NCBI GenBank assembly: GCA_016183565.1
Contig: JACPEJ010000001.1
Location: 486,479 to 550,478 of the forward strand
From: Candidatus Blackburnbacteria bacterium
GTDB lineage: Bacteria; Patescibacteriota; Microgenomatia; UBA8517; UBA10165
Reading direction: 5' to 3'
DNA length: 64,000 nt
Shown here piece by piece: positions 17,946 to 27,491 of this stretch. Below the pieces are notes generated by a model, which made no database searches, was not told the origin of the DNA, and saw only the letters and a program-made list of their open reading frames with translations. The position numbers and the translations under genes are program-made. Within the stretch, counting starts at the first letter, position 1, and every line of letters starts with the position of its first letter.

Positions 17946-18022
17946 TGGTGGACTCGGAAGGACTTGAACCTTCGACCCCTGCAATGTGAATGCAATGCTC
18001 TAGCCAACTGAGCTACGAGTCC
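17946..18022 (-). tRNA. tRNA-Val (anticodon CAC)
   Basis: Reverse-complement GGACTCGTAGCTCAGTTGGCTAGAGCATTGCATTCACATTGCAGGGGTCGAAGGTTCAAGTCCTTCCGAGTCCACCA folds as a cloverleaf. Anticodon loop TTCACAT; CCA encoded. Confidence 0.8.
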
Positions 18023-18029
18023 TTTGTTT

Positions 18030-18140
18030 CAAAACCCAATTAGTGGGTCCTGTCAGGAGCTCGTCCCATCCGACGTCCTCGCCAACGCTGCGGTCACTCG
18101 ATGGGACTCCCCCCGCTCCTGACACCCACTAATTTTGGAA
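18030..18140. other. Roughly 100-nt GC-rich nested perfect hairpin (candidate structured RNA) between tRNA-Val and GT2
   Basis: Three stem segments: aattagtgggt/acccactaatt, gtcaggagc/gctcctgac, gtcccatc/gatgggac. GC content is far above the flanks. Confidence 0.4.
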
Positions 18141-18235
18141 ATGAGTTCTGGTTTATTTTACCACCTTTGTTTACGGGTATCTATTGTTTTTTGCCTTTGA
18201 TATACTTTGGCTAACCAGGGGTACAAAACTTCAAC

Positions 18236-19036
18236 ATGATTAGTGCAGTCGTTCTTGCTAAAAATGAAGAAAAGAATATAGGCGACTGTCTTTCTTCTCT
18301 TTCTTGGTGCGATGAGATTGTAGTGATTGATGATTTTTCGCAGGATAATACTATTCGAATTGCTAAAGCAGATGGGGCCAAGGTGTTTCAAAGGTCTTTG
18401 GATGATGATTTTGCGGGACAAAGAAATTTTGGGTTGGAGAAGACGGCTGGTGATTGGGTTTTGTTTGTAGATGCTGATGAACGAGTGTCTCCGGGATTAG
18501 CAAAAGAAATTATGACCGAGGTGCAGGTAGGATTCCACTTCGGGAGTGGAACAGACCTGCCCGTCCGGCAGGCGGGTACGCCACCTCGGGGTTTTTATCT
18601 TAAAAGAACCGATGTTGTGTGGGGAAAAGAGCTGAAGCATGGGGAGAATGGAAATATAAAACTCCTGCGGTTGGCGAGACGTGGCTCTGGTCAATGGGAG
18701 AGGGCTGTGCATGAGACCTGGAACATACGAGGAAAAACAGAGGAGCTTAAAAGTCCCTTGTTACATTTTCCCCACCCAACTTTGCGTGAATTTGTTTCGG
18801 ATATTGACAAGTATTCGACTCTTCATGCTTTAGAGAACCTTAAAGAAGGAAAACACTCAAGTCTTTTTAAGATTATTTTTTATCCCCCGGCAAAATTTTT
18901 TTCTAATTGGATATTGCGTTTAGGTTTTCTTGATGGTACGGTGGGTTTAAATATGGCTATGATTTTAAGTTTACATTCTTTCTTAGCTTGGGGTAAACTT
19001 TGGCTTTTTGAGAAAAGACGAACACAAAGATTGTAA
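18236..19036 (+). CDS. Family 2 glycosyltransferase
   Basis: ISAVVLAKNEEKNIGDCLSSL...VIDDFSQDNT...VDADERVS has the GT2 DxD architecture. Confidence 0.75.
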   Translation: MISAVVLAKNEEKNIGDCLSSLSWCDEIVVIDDFSQDNTIRIAKADGAKVFQRSLDDDFAGQRNFGLEKTAGDWVLFVDADERVSPGLAKEIMTEVQVGFHFGSGTDLPVRQAGTPPRGFYLKRTDVVWGKELKHGENGNIKLLRLARRGSGQWERAVHETWNIRGKTEELKSPLLHFPHPTLREFVSDIDKYSTLHALENLKEGKHSSLFKIIFYPPAKFFSNWILRLGFLDGTVGLNMAMILSLHSFLAWGKLWLFEKRRTQRL

Positions 19037-20229
19037 TGAATTTGCTGTTTTTTTCACTACTTGCTATATTTCCGTTCGGGCAACTAGGAAGATTTCAGCT
19101 GACTTCGACAATAGCTATTCATCTTATTGATCTTTTTGCTTTTTTGTTAGCTTTTTTTTGGTTGATACTTGTCTTTCGGACGAAAAAAATTGCAAAAAGT
19201 GCGCTTGACATACCTTTGGTTTCTTTCACTTTTGCTGCTGTTTTTTCTTTTTTAATAGGGAGCCTTGCTGTTGGTGGTAGCCAACTTCTGGAGGCACTAT
19301 TTTATCTTATTCGTTGGGGTTCGTATGCAGCCCTTTTTCTTGTTGTAATAGACTTTACCAGAAAGAACAAGAAATTTTTTACTCAATTACCAGATGCGCT
19401 TCTTGTTATTGGGGCGTCTACGGCAATTTTTGGGATTGTTCAGTATTTTTGGTTTCCTGATGTACGGCTTATGAGTGGGAATGGTTGGGACCCGCATTAT
19501 TATAGATTGGTTGGGACTTTTTTAGACCCTGGTTTTACTGGAATAATTTTAGTTTTTTTCACGCTTCTTGTTTTTTCACGGAAATGGGGTGGGGTAGGGA
19601 GGTGGTTGGGGATGCTGTTGTTCTTTCTCGGAGTAGTGACTGTTGCTCTGACTTTTTCTCGGGCAAGTTATCTGGCGTTAGTAGTGGGTATGTTATCTTT
19701 GTATATTGTGCGACGTAATTTTTTAAAAACAGCAGGGGCACTGTTCTTTTTCTTTATACTTGTGTCCCTTATTCCTAAGCCTGGGGGTGAAGGAGTTAAC
19801 CTTGCTCGTACTTCTACTGTTGTTAAGCGTTTATCAAATTATGAGGAAGCTGTGAAAACTGCAAAAACTCATCCTCTTTTTGGAGTTGGTTTTAATTTTT
19901 ATAGGTACAAAAGAGTTGGTGCTTCTTTGATTGCCAAGCAGCAAGTACCTAATCATTCTGGTGGTGGTGCTGATTCAAGTCTTCTGTTTGTGCTTGCTAC
20001 AACGGGGGTTGTTGGGTTGATTGCTTTTATGGGGTTGTGGTGGAAGTTGTTAAGCATTGGCTGGGTAGAAAACCAAACTGTTTCGGGTTTAGCACTTTTT
20101 GCTTCTACTGTTTCTCTTTTTGCTCATTCTTTATTTGATAATTCGCTATTTTATCCTTGGGTTTTGGTTTGGATTGCTATTCTTGCGGGAGTTTGTTGTG
20201 GAAGATCTAAGGGGTATATAAAACTTTAA
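19036..20229 (+). CDS. Polytopic membrane protein, O-antigen ligase/polymerase (Wzy_C)-like
   Basis: About 10-12 TM helices. Central periplasmic loop with SRASYLALVVG, typical of Wzy_C-like proteins. Weak assignment. Confidence 0.4.
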   Translation: MNLLFFSLLAIFPFGQLGRFQLTSTIAIHLIDLFAFLLAFFWLILVFRTKKIAKSALDIPLVSFTFAAVFSFLIGSLAVGGSQLLEALFYLIRWGSYAALFLVVIDFTRKNKKFFTQLPDALLVIGASTAIFGIVQYFWFPDVRLMSGNGWDPHYYRLVGTFLDPGFTGIILVFFTLLVFSRKWGGVGRWLGMLLFFLGVVTVALTFSRASYLALVVGMLSLYIVRRNFLKTAGALFFFFILVSLIPKPGGEGVNLARTSTVVKRLSNYEEAVKTAKTHPLFGVGFNFYRYKRVGASLIAKQQVPNHSGGGADSSLLFVLATTGVVGLIAFMGLWWKLLSIGWVENQTVSGLALFASTVSLFAHSLFDNSLFYPWVLVWIAILAGVCCGRSKGYIKL

Positions 20230-20914
20230 TAGTTTTTTCTGTTTTGTTTTCCGCAGGATCTATTGCTACAAAAAGGAGTTCATTTTGGCCTTCTGAGAGA
20301 GTGTATTTAACCGTAAAATTGCCGGTTCCATCAACTGCTGCGATTCTATCGTTTACGGTAACTTTTGCTTCAGGTTCTGTCGTACCGTTAATTGTTAGAG
20401 TTTCCTCATCAGTTCCCCCGAAGCTTTCGCCATCAGAAGGAGAAGAAATCTCAAGTTTTGGTGGTTCAAGGTCGAAAAACACAGTTTGTGGTATTTTTTC
20501 ACTTTCGTTTCCGGAAGCGTCTGTTGCAGTTACCCAGATTATGTTTTTCCCTTTCGATAATTTGATTTCTAAAGAGAACTTGCTATCGTCGAGGATTGTT
20601 GCTTCGCGTACTACTTCTTCGTTTTTGTATAGTTTAAGGCGAGAGCCGACTTCTGCTTTCCCGGTAACTATTAATTTGTCTGTTTGGGTGTTATGGGGTA
20701 GAGTGTCCATATTTGGGCGGGCTGGGGGGGTTTTATCTTCTTGAGATTGTGATTTGGAGTTTCCATTGGAATTTCCCATTAGGGATGTTAGTTGCGCAAG
20801 ACTGTTGGTGCCGAAAAAAACGAAACCTACTAAGAGGAGTCCTGAGAGGGTAATAAGAAGATAGGCCTTGCGGGTCTTTCTTTTTTCTTCAACTCGGAGA
20901 CGTCTTGAAAACAT
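20207..20914 (-). CDS. Membrane-anchored secreted protein with Ig-like beta domain
   Basis: N-terminal TM (AYLLITLSGLLLVGFVFF), then a beta-rich ectodomain. Start abuts tRNA-Thr. Confidence 0.4.
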   Translation of the reverse strand: MFSRRLRVEEKRKTRKAYLLITLSGLLLVGFVFFGTNSLAQLTSLMGNSNGNSKSQSQEDKTPPARPNMDTLPHNTQTDKLIVTGKAEVGSRLKLYKNEEVVREATILDDSKFSLEIKLSKGKNIIWVTATDASGNESEKIPQTVFFDLEPPKLEISSPSDGESFGGTDEETLTINGTTEPEAKVTVNDRIAAVDGTGNFTVKYTLSEGQNELLFVAIDPAENKTEKTIKVLYTP

Positions 20915-20990
20915 GGGAGCCGTCTGTCGGATTCGAACCGACGACCTGCTGTTTACGATACAGCCGCTCTACCAACTGAGCTAAGACGGC
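20915..20990 (-). tRNA. tRNA-Thr (anticodon CGT)
   Basis: Reverse-complement GCCGTCTTAGCTCAGTTGGTAGAGCGGCTGTATCGTAAACAGCAGGTCGTCGGTTCGAATCCGACAGACGGCT. Anticodon loop ATCGTAA. Confidence 0.75.
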
Positions 20991-21062
20991 GTGGTTCTAG
21001 GGTTTAGGTTATTTTAACACAGATAAGGAAAGTTTGGGAAGTTAGTGAGTAATGGAATTGTT

Positions 21063-24000
21063 TTAGTCTACACGATGTGGGTTTTTACCGAGGTGCCAAC
21101 GTATTCCACCTCCCAGGTGGAATAGCCAGGAGGCAATTAAAGTGGTAGGAATTAAAAATAAACCTATATATTGGAGGTATTGAGGTAGGAAAAATACTAC
21201 AACATTTCCTTTATTAGTGTTTTCGGGTATGGTCCACGCATTTGCCCAATTATTGTAGATGATATGGTTTTCTAGCTTTTTACCTCGGACAAACGGTAGG
21301 GTTTTGTCTAATGTGTTCGGTATATTGGAAAAGGTGTAGGCGTGCCAGCCTGGGTCGAAGCTCTGATGAAAAACCAGCAAGCTGGGGAGAGAAGAATTGT
21401 TTGGGTTAACAAACTTAATGTCGTTTAAAAACTGATAAGGGATTGGGTAGACCTCAACGTTCTTTAGGTCGTTTTCTGTTTCCTCATTTCCAATAGAGAT
21501 ATTATTAAAGTTTAAGTTGTACCCAATACCATCCGCCTTCATTGGTGGAATGATTAGATAGTCGCTTTCAAAATTAGTGTGGTTGGGTAATTGCACATCT
21601 ATATCCGGCTTGCGGGAATCGGGGTTGAGGATTGCAAACTCAAGCGCCTTTCCTTTAATGTGGCGGCTTTCAATTTTTACTAGATAGGCGTTCTTGTTTT
21701 CCAACTTGTTAAGGATAATAGAATAGCAGTTGTCCGAATTTTTTGAGTGGAAACGTAGATATTTTGTGTCAATTACGACTTGCTCAAATTTCCCGTCAGG
21801 TGGAGGGGTATTACAGGAGAAGGCCTTGTGGTTTAGGAAAAATGGATCCTGTATGCTTAGATATATTTCCGTTTCGGGGGACTTGGGGGTAGTAACTGAT
21901 ATGGCGTTGTCATTCTGTGAAACCGTGATAATACTCTCTAAAATACCAGCTTTCTGTTTGTCGAACTGAATGGTTAGTCTCTCTGCTTCTTTAGGAATTG
22001 TCGAAACGAAGTCGAAACGGTCGCTCTGGTCTTGGATAGTAAAAGGTAGTTCGTCAAGCTTGCGTGTTGTGAGTAGCGAACGATAGGGATAATAAACAGA
22101 CCAGGGAGCTTGGCTGTCCGTAAAGTAATCTCCTTGGTTTAGGTAAGCCTGATCAAGGTGGGTGTAATTATAAAGCGGTTGAATGTTTTTAACATTCCCT
22201 GCGACAACGGTACTTTTTTCCGCCCCGGCTTGGTTGTTTAAACTCACTTTGTATACAGATATATCCCGGATCTCTACCTTCTTGGAGGAAAATGTTTTTG
22301 TTTTTTCGTACTTTGTGTTTGAATTAAGGTAATTTTCAACCTTTTCCGTATACAAATGGCTTCGTGGATTGGCATAAGGAATAATATTTTTGTCCAAAAT
22401 AATAAAAGAGATGTGATATTTCTCTACTAGTTTATCTATAAGAGGAAAGTTTTCAGAATATATAGCATATTCAAGCTGCCAAAAGTAATCTTCATTATAT
22501 TTACCCCAAACATCAAAAGCTCTGTCCATTATTGGCTGCTCTATTCCATACCACAGAAACCCGGATCCTGAATAACCCCAACGGTAAACACTCCAGCCCC
22601 AATTCCATCCTTGAGGAAAGTTGGCGATACGTTCGTTTGGGTTTTGGCTCTTAAAGAAATCAAAAAGTTGGAAATAAGATTGTGGAATGTTGAGTTTTGT
22701 CCTGTCGTACAATAACTTTCCATTGAAGAAAGGCCAGCCAAAGGTGATTAGTGAAAAGGTGACTAGTGGATAGAGTGAAACAAGCATATATTTTTGTGTC
22801 AAAAACTTTTTTGCAACAGGGATTATCTGTGTAATCCCTAAAGTAAACAATATCGCATACAAAAGTGCTAAAGCTATGGAAAATTTAGTGAACGCGACTC
22901 GGAAAGCTTGTTTAAGAACTGGAATGTCTTGAAGGACTTTTGAGATGTAAGAGAATGGTGGGGTGTTTGTGGCAAGAAGGGAGAACACCAGAACAAAAGA
23001 AACTATTAAAAAGAGATTTGCCGGATGTTTTCTAACATTTTTAACGCATGACAGAAAACCCACAAGGATGATACCAAATAATGCATATCCAATTGTCTTA
23101 ACAAATATATTCAAGTGTTGTTCCCAGGGAGCAAAAATTGGGAAAATGTCCCCATTGTTTGTTGCGTCAATGGCTTCGAAAATAAATCCTTTTAAAAGTG
23201 CAACATTAGCTACATCTCCATATTTTTTATTTTTAAGGATAAAGTCCTCAGTTGAAGAGATGTTGTTGTAGGCGTTAAGATATGTTCCGCTGTGGGTTGT
23301 TGTAAAGTAAGACACTGGCAGTAACCAGTAAAGGTTTAAGGTAATTGTGATTACAAAAACTGTAAGGACCCTTTGTAGAGTTTTAAGTGTGAGGCTGTAA
23401 AGATAGTGGCTTCCGAGAAATATCGCCAGTAAAAGCATGTAGACGATAAATAGCGGTGGGATAAAGCCCATACTTGAGGTAAAAATGGTGATTGTTGTGA
23501 AGATGATTAAATTCTTTTTGGCGGGGTTATCCAGAAATCTTCTAACAGACCAGAAAAGCCAGGGAAGAGCAGCAAAATGGATTGTGAAGGGCTCAAGTTG
23601 AATATAAAATTGCTGTGCTGTCGCTAGATTAAAAATATAGAATAACGCGCTTAAAAAAGATGAACCGTTTCGTATCTGTTCGTTTGCGTCTTTAAGAAGT
23701 TGTCTAACTAAGAAAAAAACGCCAAAACTGCCGGCAAAAAGCATTAAAAATGTAAACGTGGAGCGCAGATACTGCTCCGGAATGATAAAAGAGAGGAGCC
23801 AGAGAACAAAAGTGTGGGGAAGAGTTGCGGCATATCCGTGACCTCCGTATGTCCCCAACCCTTGATTAGGTTGCCAAACAGAAGTTAAGGCACGTGTGAA
23901 ATTAAGAGGGAAGTTAAACTCGGGGTGCAAATTATCCCAGCCTGTATACCACGTGCCAAAAGGAAAGTTCTTTAGAAGAAGAATGGCACAAACTAAGGTA

Positions 24001-24080
24001 AGGAGGCTAAGCCAAGGCAGGAGCGATGACTTTCGTGCTTTTTTGATCCATTGCATACAATTGATTGTAGCAAGACTCAA
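21063..24080 (-). CDS. Large polytopic membrane protein (1005 aa), putative glycosyltransferase of the YfhO/DUF2298-like class
   Basis: N-terminal about 600 aa carry many TM helices. C-terminal about 400 aa form a beta-rich extracytoplasmic domain. Context is a glycosylation cluster. No precise motif recognised. Confidence 0.45.
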   Translation of the reverse strand: MSLATINCMQWIKKARKSSLLPWLSLLTLVCAILLLKNFPFGTWYTGWDNLHPEFNFPLNFTRALTSVWQPNQGLGTYGGHGYAATLPHTFVLWLLSFIIPEQYLRSTFTFLMLFAGSFGVFFLVRQLLKDANEQIRNGSSFLSALFYIFNLATAQQFYIQLEPFTIHFAALPWLFWSVRRFLDNPAKKNLIIFTTITIFTSSMGFIPPLFIVYMLLLAIFLGSHYLYSLTLKTLQRVLTVFVITITLNLYWLLPVSYFTTTHSGTYLNAYNNISSTEDFILKNKKYGDVANVALLKGFIFEAIDATNNGDIFPIFAPWEQHLNIFVKTIGYALFGIILVGFLSCVKNVRKHPANLFLIVSFVLVFSLLATNTPPFSYISKVLQDIPVLKQAFRVAFTKFSIALALLYAILFTLGITQIIPVAKKFLTQKYMLVSLYPLVTFSLITFGWPFFNGKLLYDRTKLNIPQSYFQLFDFFKSQNPNERIANFPQGWNWGWSVYRWGYSGSGFLWYGIEQPIMDRAFDVWGKYNEDYFWQLEYAIYSENFPLIDKLVEKYHISFIILDKNIIPYANPRSHLYTEKVENYLNSNTKYEKTKTFSSKKVEIRDISVYKVSLNNQAGAEKSTVVAGNVKNIQPLYNYTHLDQAYLNQGDYFTDSQAPWSVYYPYRSLLTTRKLDELPFTIQDQSDRFDFVSTIPKEAERLTIQFDKQKAGILESIITVSQNDNAISVTTPKSPETEIYLSIQDPFFLNHKAFSCNTPPPDGKFEQVVIDTKYLRFHSKNSDNCYSIILNKLENKNAYLVKIESRHIKGKALEFAILNPDSRKPDIDVQLPNHTNFESDYLIIPPMKADGIGYNLNFNNISIGNEETENDLKNVEVYPIPYQFLNDIKFVNPNNSSLPSLLVFHQSFDPGWHAYTFSNIPNTLDKTLPFVRGKKLENHIIYNNWANAWTIPENTNKGNVVVFFLPQYLQYIGLFLIPTTLIASWLFHLGGGIRWHLGKNPHRVD

Positions 24081-25392
24081 GCAATTTGTCCTTGCTTCGT
24101 GCTATTCCTAAATCACACGACACAGAAGTCAATTTCTCAAGAATTTCTTTATCTTGCGCTTTCAATATTGTATTTGCAAAAGATTTGATGTTGTGAGAAA
24201 ACGAGATTTCACTCTCATTTATGTTGTTTTTACTTATTGCAAACTCCACATCTTTGTTTTTCAATACCTCCCCCATTGCGCGGCTTATCACAAAAGGCTT
24301 TTTGTGGGTGATTGCCTGAGAAAGAGTGGCCGAGCTTCCAATCAGTCCTCGGTAAGGAAGAACAACCAAGTCAGAAGCCGAAAAGTATATACCGATTGCA
24401 TTTTCAGGAACAAAGCCGGTTATACATATTTTCTTTTGATCCTTGGCGCTTGCAAGAACTTGGGCGTAAAACTTTTTGTAATAGGCTTTGTCCTTCAAGG
24501 AATAAGCTTCTCCCCCGGCCAAAATGAGATTGATTCGTGTGAATTGGTTTTGTTGGCGAAGTTTTTTGACTGTTTTAATAATCCAATCCGCACCTTTGTA
24601 GTAAGTAATAAATCCGAAGTAAAGAAGAATAAAATCGTTTTTCGCGACATTAATTTTGGTTCGTGCTGTTTTTTGGGAAACTGTATTTTTCTTTTCAATC
24701 CAGAAAGGGTGGAGGAAAATTTTATTAGGGCTTACGAAGAAGGACAGCCTTTTGTAAATGGCCTCGTCCATAACTACAAAACGGTCAAGTAATATTCCCA
24801 AAGTCTTATAGAAGGCAATAACACCAATGTTTAAAATCTTAACAAGTAGAGAATTTTTCTTGTATCCCAAATGAGGAGCAATAGAATCAAAACTTGTAAT
24901 TACATTGTGTGAATAATATGTAATGTGCTTGCTGGCAAGCTTGATAAGCAACATAAAGGGGAACAAAAGCATGAAGTTTTTTATGCCGCCATTTGTGCAA
25001 AATTCCGAATGGATATCGACGTATTTGACTTTATTGAAAATAGAAAGCCAGTGGAGGATACGAGGAAATAGGGTTGGGTGTCTTTGGTCAAAAACTCGCA
25101 AAACAAGGATGCGTCCTCCAGCTGCCAGTTGGGGTTTGTTGCTTTGGCCTTTTTCTCCGAGCACAACAAAGCGCATATTGTAATCGTGCGCCAGAGATTG
25201 GTAAAGCTCTTTGGTGTACCAGGCGATGCCGTAGTTTTTTTCTCCTTTTTTGGTCTTTTCAGGCCAATCGGAGATTACCAAACGGGTATTTTTGTTGTTG
25301 AATTTTTGAATTAGATTTTGCATGTTTTTGTAGTAGCGGAATTTATTTCGCATGGCTATGTGTAAATTTAAAATAAAGGGGGGAGGCCACAA
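24007..25392 (-). CDS. Family 1 (GT4-like) glycosyltransferase; probable true start at 25353 or 25323
   Basis: C-terminal half ILAGGEAY...ITGFVPENAIGIYFSASDLVVLPY resembles a GT1 nucleotide-sugar-binding domain. The track ORF begins with an alternative TTG. Confidence 0.5.
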   Translation of the reverse strand: MWPPPFILNLHIAMRNKFRYYKNMQNLIQKFNNKNTRLVISDWPEKTKKGEKNYGIAWYTKELYQSLAHDYNMRFVVLGEKGQSNKPQLAAGGRILVLRVFDQRHPTLFPRILHWLSIFNKVKYVDIHSEFCTNGGIKNFMLLFPFMLLIKLASKHITYYSHNVITSFDSIAPHLGYKKNSLLVKILNIGVIAFYKTLGILLDRFVVMDEAIYKRLSFFVSPNKIFLHPFWIEKKNTVSQKTARTKINVAKNDFILLYFGFITYYKGADWIIKTVKKLRQQNQFTRINLILAGGEAYSLKDKAYYKKFYAQVLASAKDQKKICITGFVPENAIGIYFSASDLVVLPYRGLIGSSATLSQAITHKKPFVISRAMGEVLKNKDVEFAISKNNINESEISFSHNIKSFANTILKAQDKEILEKLTSVSCDLGIARSKDKLLESCYNQLYAMDQKSTKVIAPALA

Positions 25393-25441
25393 TCGAGAGC
25401 GAGTTGCTTAATCGAAAGTGGTCTCCCCGTGGGAAACAGTT

Positions 25442-26020
25442 CTAGCCGCCACCGAGCCGGCTGGTGAACTGACCCCAATTGAGGCCAGATGTCCAGATGG
25501 TCACTGGACCATTGGCCACGACGTTGGTGTACAACGTCGAGGGGTTCCTCTGGTCCGGCGTGTGCTGGACAGTTCCGGGCCCGGTCGCGATTCGCGATGG
25601 CACGTCCGTTGTCACGATGTTGGGCCAATTGACCCGAAGGCCTGTGGCCCGAACTTGGACCCCGGAGGCCAAGACGCGGCCGGCTGGGGAGGTCTCCTCC
25701 TCAATCTGCCGAGCCTCGACGGCCAGTCCGTCCCAGGTAAGGCCGGCGGCGCGAAGCCATGCCTCGATTCCCTGGGAGCGAAAGACCGGGTCCAGCTGCT
25801 CTAGCCGAGACCAGTGGGTTTGCACCGAGGCCGTAGCGGGTGCAGCTGTAGCCGCGGGTGGTCCACCTCCGACAGCCGGCGGTGCTGACGTGGCGGTAGC
25901 AACAGCAACCGGGCCGGGTGTTGCCGTTGGCCGAGCCGGACCGAGGGGGTCGCCTACCTCACAGGCTGCTGCCGCCAATGCCAATATCGTTGTCGTGATC
26001 ACTGCGATGATGGTCTTCAT
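25442..26020 (-). CDS. Putative lipoprotein (192 aa) within the high-GC island
   Basis: MKTIIAVITTTILALAAAAC: signal peptide with Cys (lipobox-like), then a Pro/Ala/Thr-rich linker. Confidence 0.5.
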   Translation of the reverse strand: MKTIIAVITTTILALAAAACEVGDPLGPARPTATPGPVAVATATSAPPAVGGGPPAATAAPATASVQTHWSRLEQLDPVFRSQGIEAWLRAAGLTWDGLAVEARQIEEETSPAGRVLASGVQVRATGLRVNWPNIVTTDVPSRIATGPGTVQHTPDQRNPSTLYTNVVANGPVTIWTSGLNWGQFTSRLGGG

Positions 26021-26030
26021 GACTCCTCCT

Positions 26031-26522
26031 CTACTCCCAGATTTGCCGCGCCGTCCAGGCGTCTTGGATAGTGATCAGGATTAGGACGGCGAACAGTGTC
26101 CAGAACGTTACGAACTCGGGCAACCCAACCCTGAAGTTGGTCAAGAACAGGGCTGCCAGAGTAAAGAACACCGATGTACCGACTGCGATTAGGCCACGAA
26201 CGACGCGCTGTCTGGTCCAGAAGCCAGCGGCGCCGGGTGCTACAGCCGGTACACGCAATAGGTAGACGGCTTCGATCACGTCCACTAGGAGCGTGATCAC
26301 CAGCTCGATATTGAGCGCAGCCTGCCTTGTGACGCTGGTCAAGAAGAACAGCGCCCCGAAGGCCAGAATGTCCAAGCCGAGTTCGGCCGGGACCAAGAGA
26401 GTGATGAGCCGACGCCAGAACGACATATTGGATCTCCTTTTTGGGATTTGTGCTAGAACCCTCGGGTTTACTGCAGTCCGAGGGACGACGATGACAACCG
26501 AACCTTCCCTCCTTTCAGGCAC
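26031..26522 (-). CDS. Small integral membrane protein (start possibly M33, nt 26426) within the high-GC island
   Basis: Four predicted TM helices. No motif recognised. Confidence 0.4.
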   Translation of the reverse strand: MPERREGSVVIVVPRTAVNPRVLAQIPKRRSNMSFWRRLITLLVPAELGLDILAFGALFFLTSVTRQAALNIELVITLLVDVIEAVYLLRVPAVAPGAAGFWTRQRVVRGLIAVGTSVFFTLAALFLTNFRVGLPEFVTFWTLFAVLILITIQDAWTARQIWE

Positions 26523-27491
26523 CTATCGGCAGGCCGTGAACCAGATCGTTCCGGCTTGGGTCTTTGGGGACCACACTCCGGGTTGACTGTACCGCACGCC
26601 GTTCACGTCCACGACCCACATGTCGTGGGCCATCAGCGGGCGTGCACGCTCGCTTGAGCTTGCTATGAACTTCCACCCGTTGCCAGGTGAAAGCTGCCGC
26701 AGCTCCCGGGTGAGCCTTCCGATTTCGTCTTCCGGCTGACCGGTTTTCCACTCAAGAAGAATCCGGGCCACCTCGGTGGCGTTGCGCGGGCAGGCAGCAG
26801 TGGGCTGTGTGATAGCCTGTGTTACGGCTTGCTGCGGGCCGCCGTGTTGGTCAACCCAGGCGTGCCAGGCAAACTCCGGACCGTAAACGGTCACGAAAGT
26901 TGCGATCACTTCCTGGGGCTGATTCCAGAATACCTGGCCATCCGCAGCAACTGCGGCACTGTCCCCAAGCTTGAGAAAGATATCCGATTGTTCGGGCCTC
27001 TCAATCTTGAAAACCCAATGGCTTGCGTCACCGTCCCAGTAGGTAAACGTCCGCGCCTCTGCTGGAACCGCAAACGTCGTTACCTCCTCCGGTGTTACCA
27101 CCTGCTGCGCAGCTACCTCGGCTCCCTGCACGAGGGATAGCGTCCTCTCGCCAGGGTTGGGTTGATACTCTGTAGGTCCCACAGGGGTGCACACAGAATT
27201 GGCCCAAACCGTTCCCCAGACTGGACTTTCGGTGCTACCGTCTACACGGCTGACGTTTCCACCCTCTACCTGGAGTGTGTCTCCAGGGTTGGGTGTCCAG
27301 GCTGTCGTGAAAGCAACCACTGCGCCTGCGGGACGGCTCTTGCCGTCGATAAGTACCTGCTGAACAACCCCGACCCACGTGTCGAGGCCTTCGAACGACC
27401 AGCAGTCGGCTGCTGCCACTCTTTGTGGAGTCAACAGCAAGCCAAGTACCAGTCCGATAGCGGCGAGCACGGTGCTCATACTGAGATACAT
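26523..27491 (-). CDS. Secreted hypothetical protein (322 aa) within the high-GC island
   Basis: Signal peptide MYLSMSTVLAAIGLVLGLLLTPQRVAAA. Strong SD. Confidence 0.5.
   Translation of the reverse strand: MYLSMSTVLAAIGLVLGLLLTPQRVAAADCWSFEGLDTWVGVVQQVLIDGKSRPAGAVVAFTTAWTPNPGDTLQVEGGNVSRVDGSTESPVWGTVWANSVCTPVGPTEYQPNPGERTLSLVQGAEVAAQQVVTPEEVTTFAVPAEARTFTYWDGDASHWVFKIERPEQSDIFLKLGDSAAVAADGQVFWNQPQEVIATFVTVYGPEFAWHAWVDQHGGPQQAVTQAITQPTAACPRNATEVARILLEWKTGQPEDEIGRLTRELRQLSPGNGWKFIASSSERARPLMAHDMWVVDVNGVRYSQPGVWSPKTQAGTIWFTACR

Noticed and set aside
25418-26084. Plus-strand ORFs (128 aa, 201 aa) within the high-GC island
   Set aside because: High-GC DNA yields long spurious ORFs in all frames. 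The minus-strand ORFs have signal peptides and SD sequences, so they were preferred.
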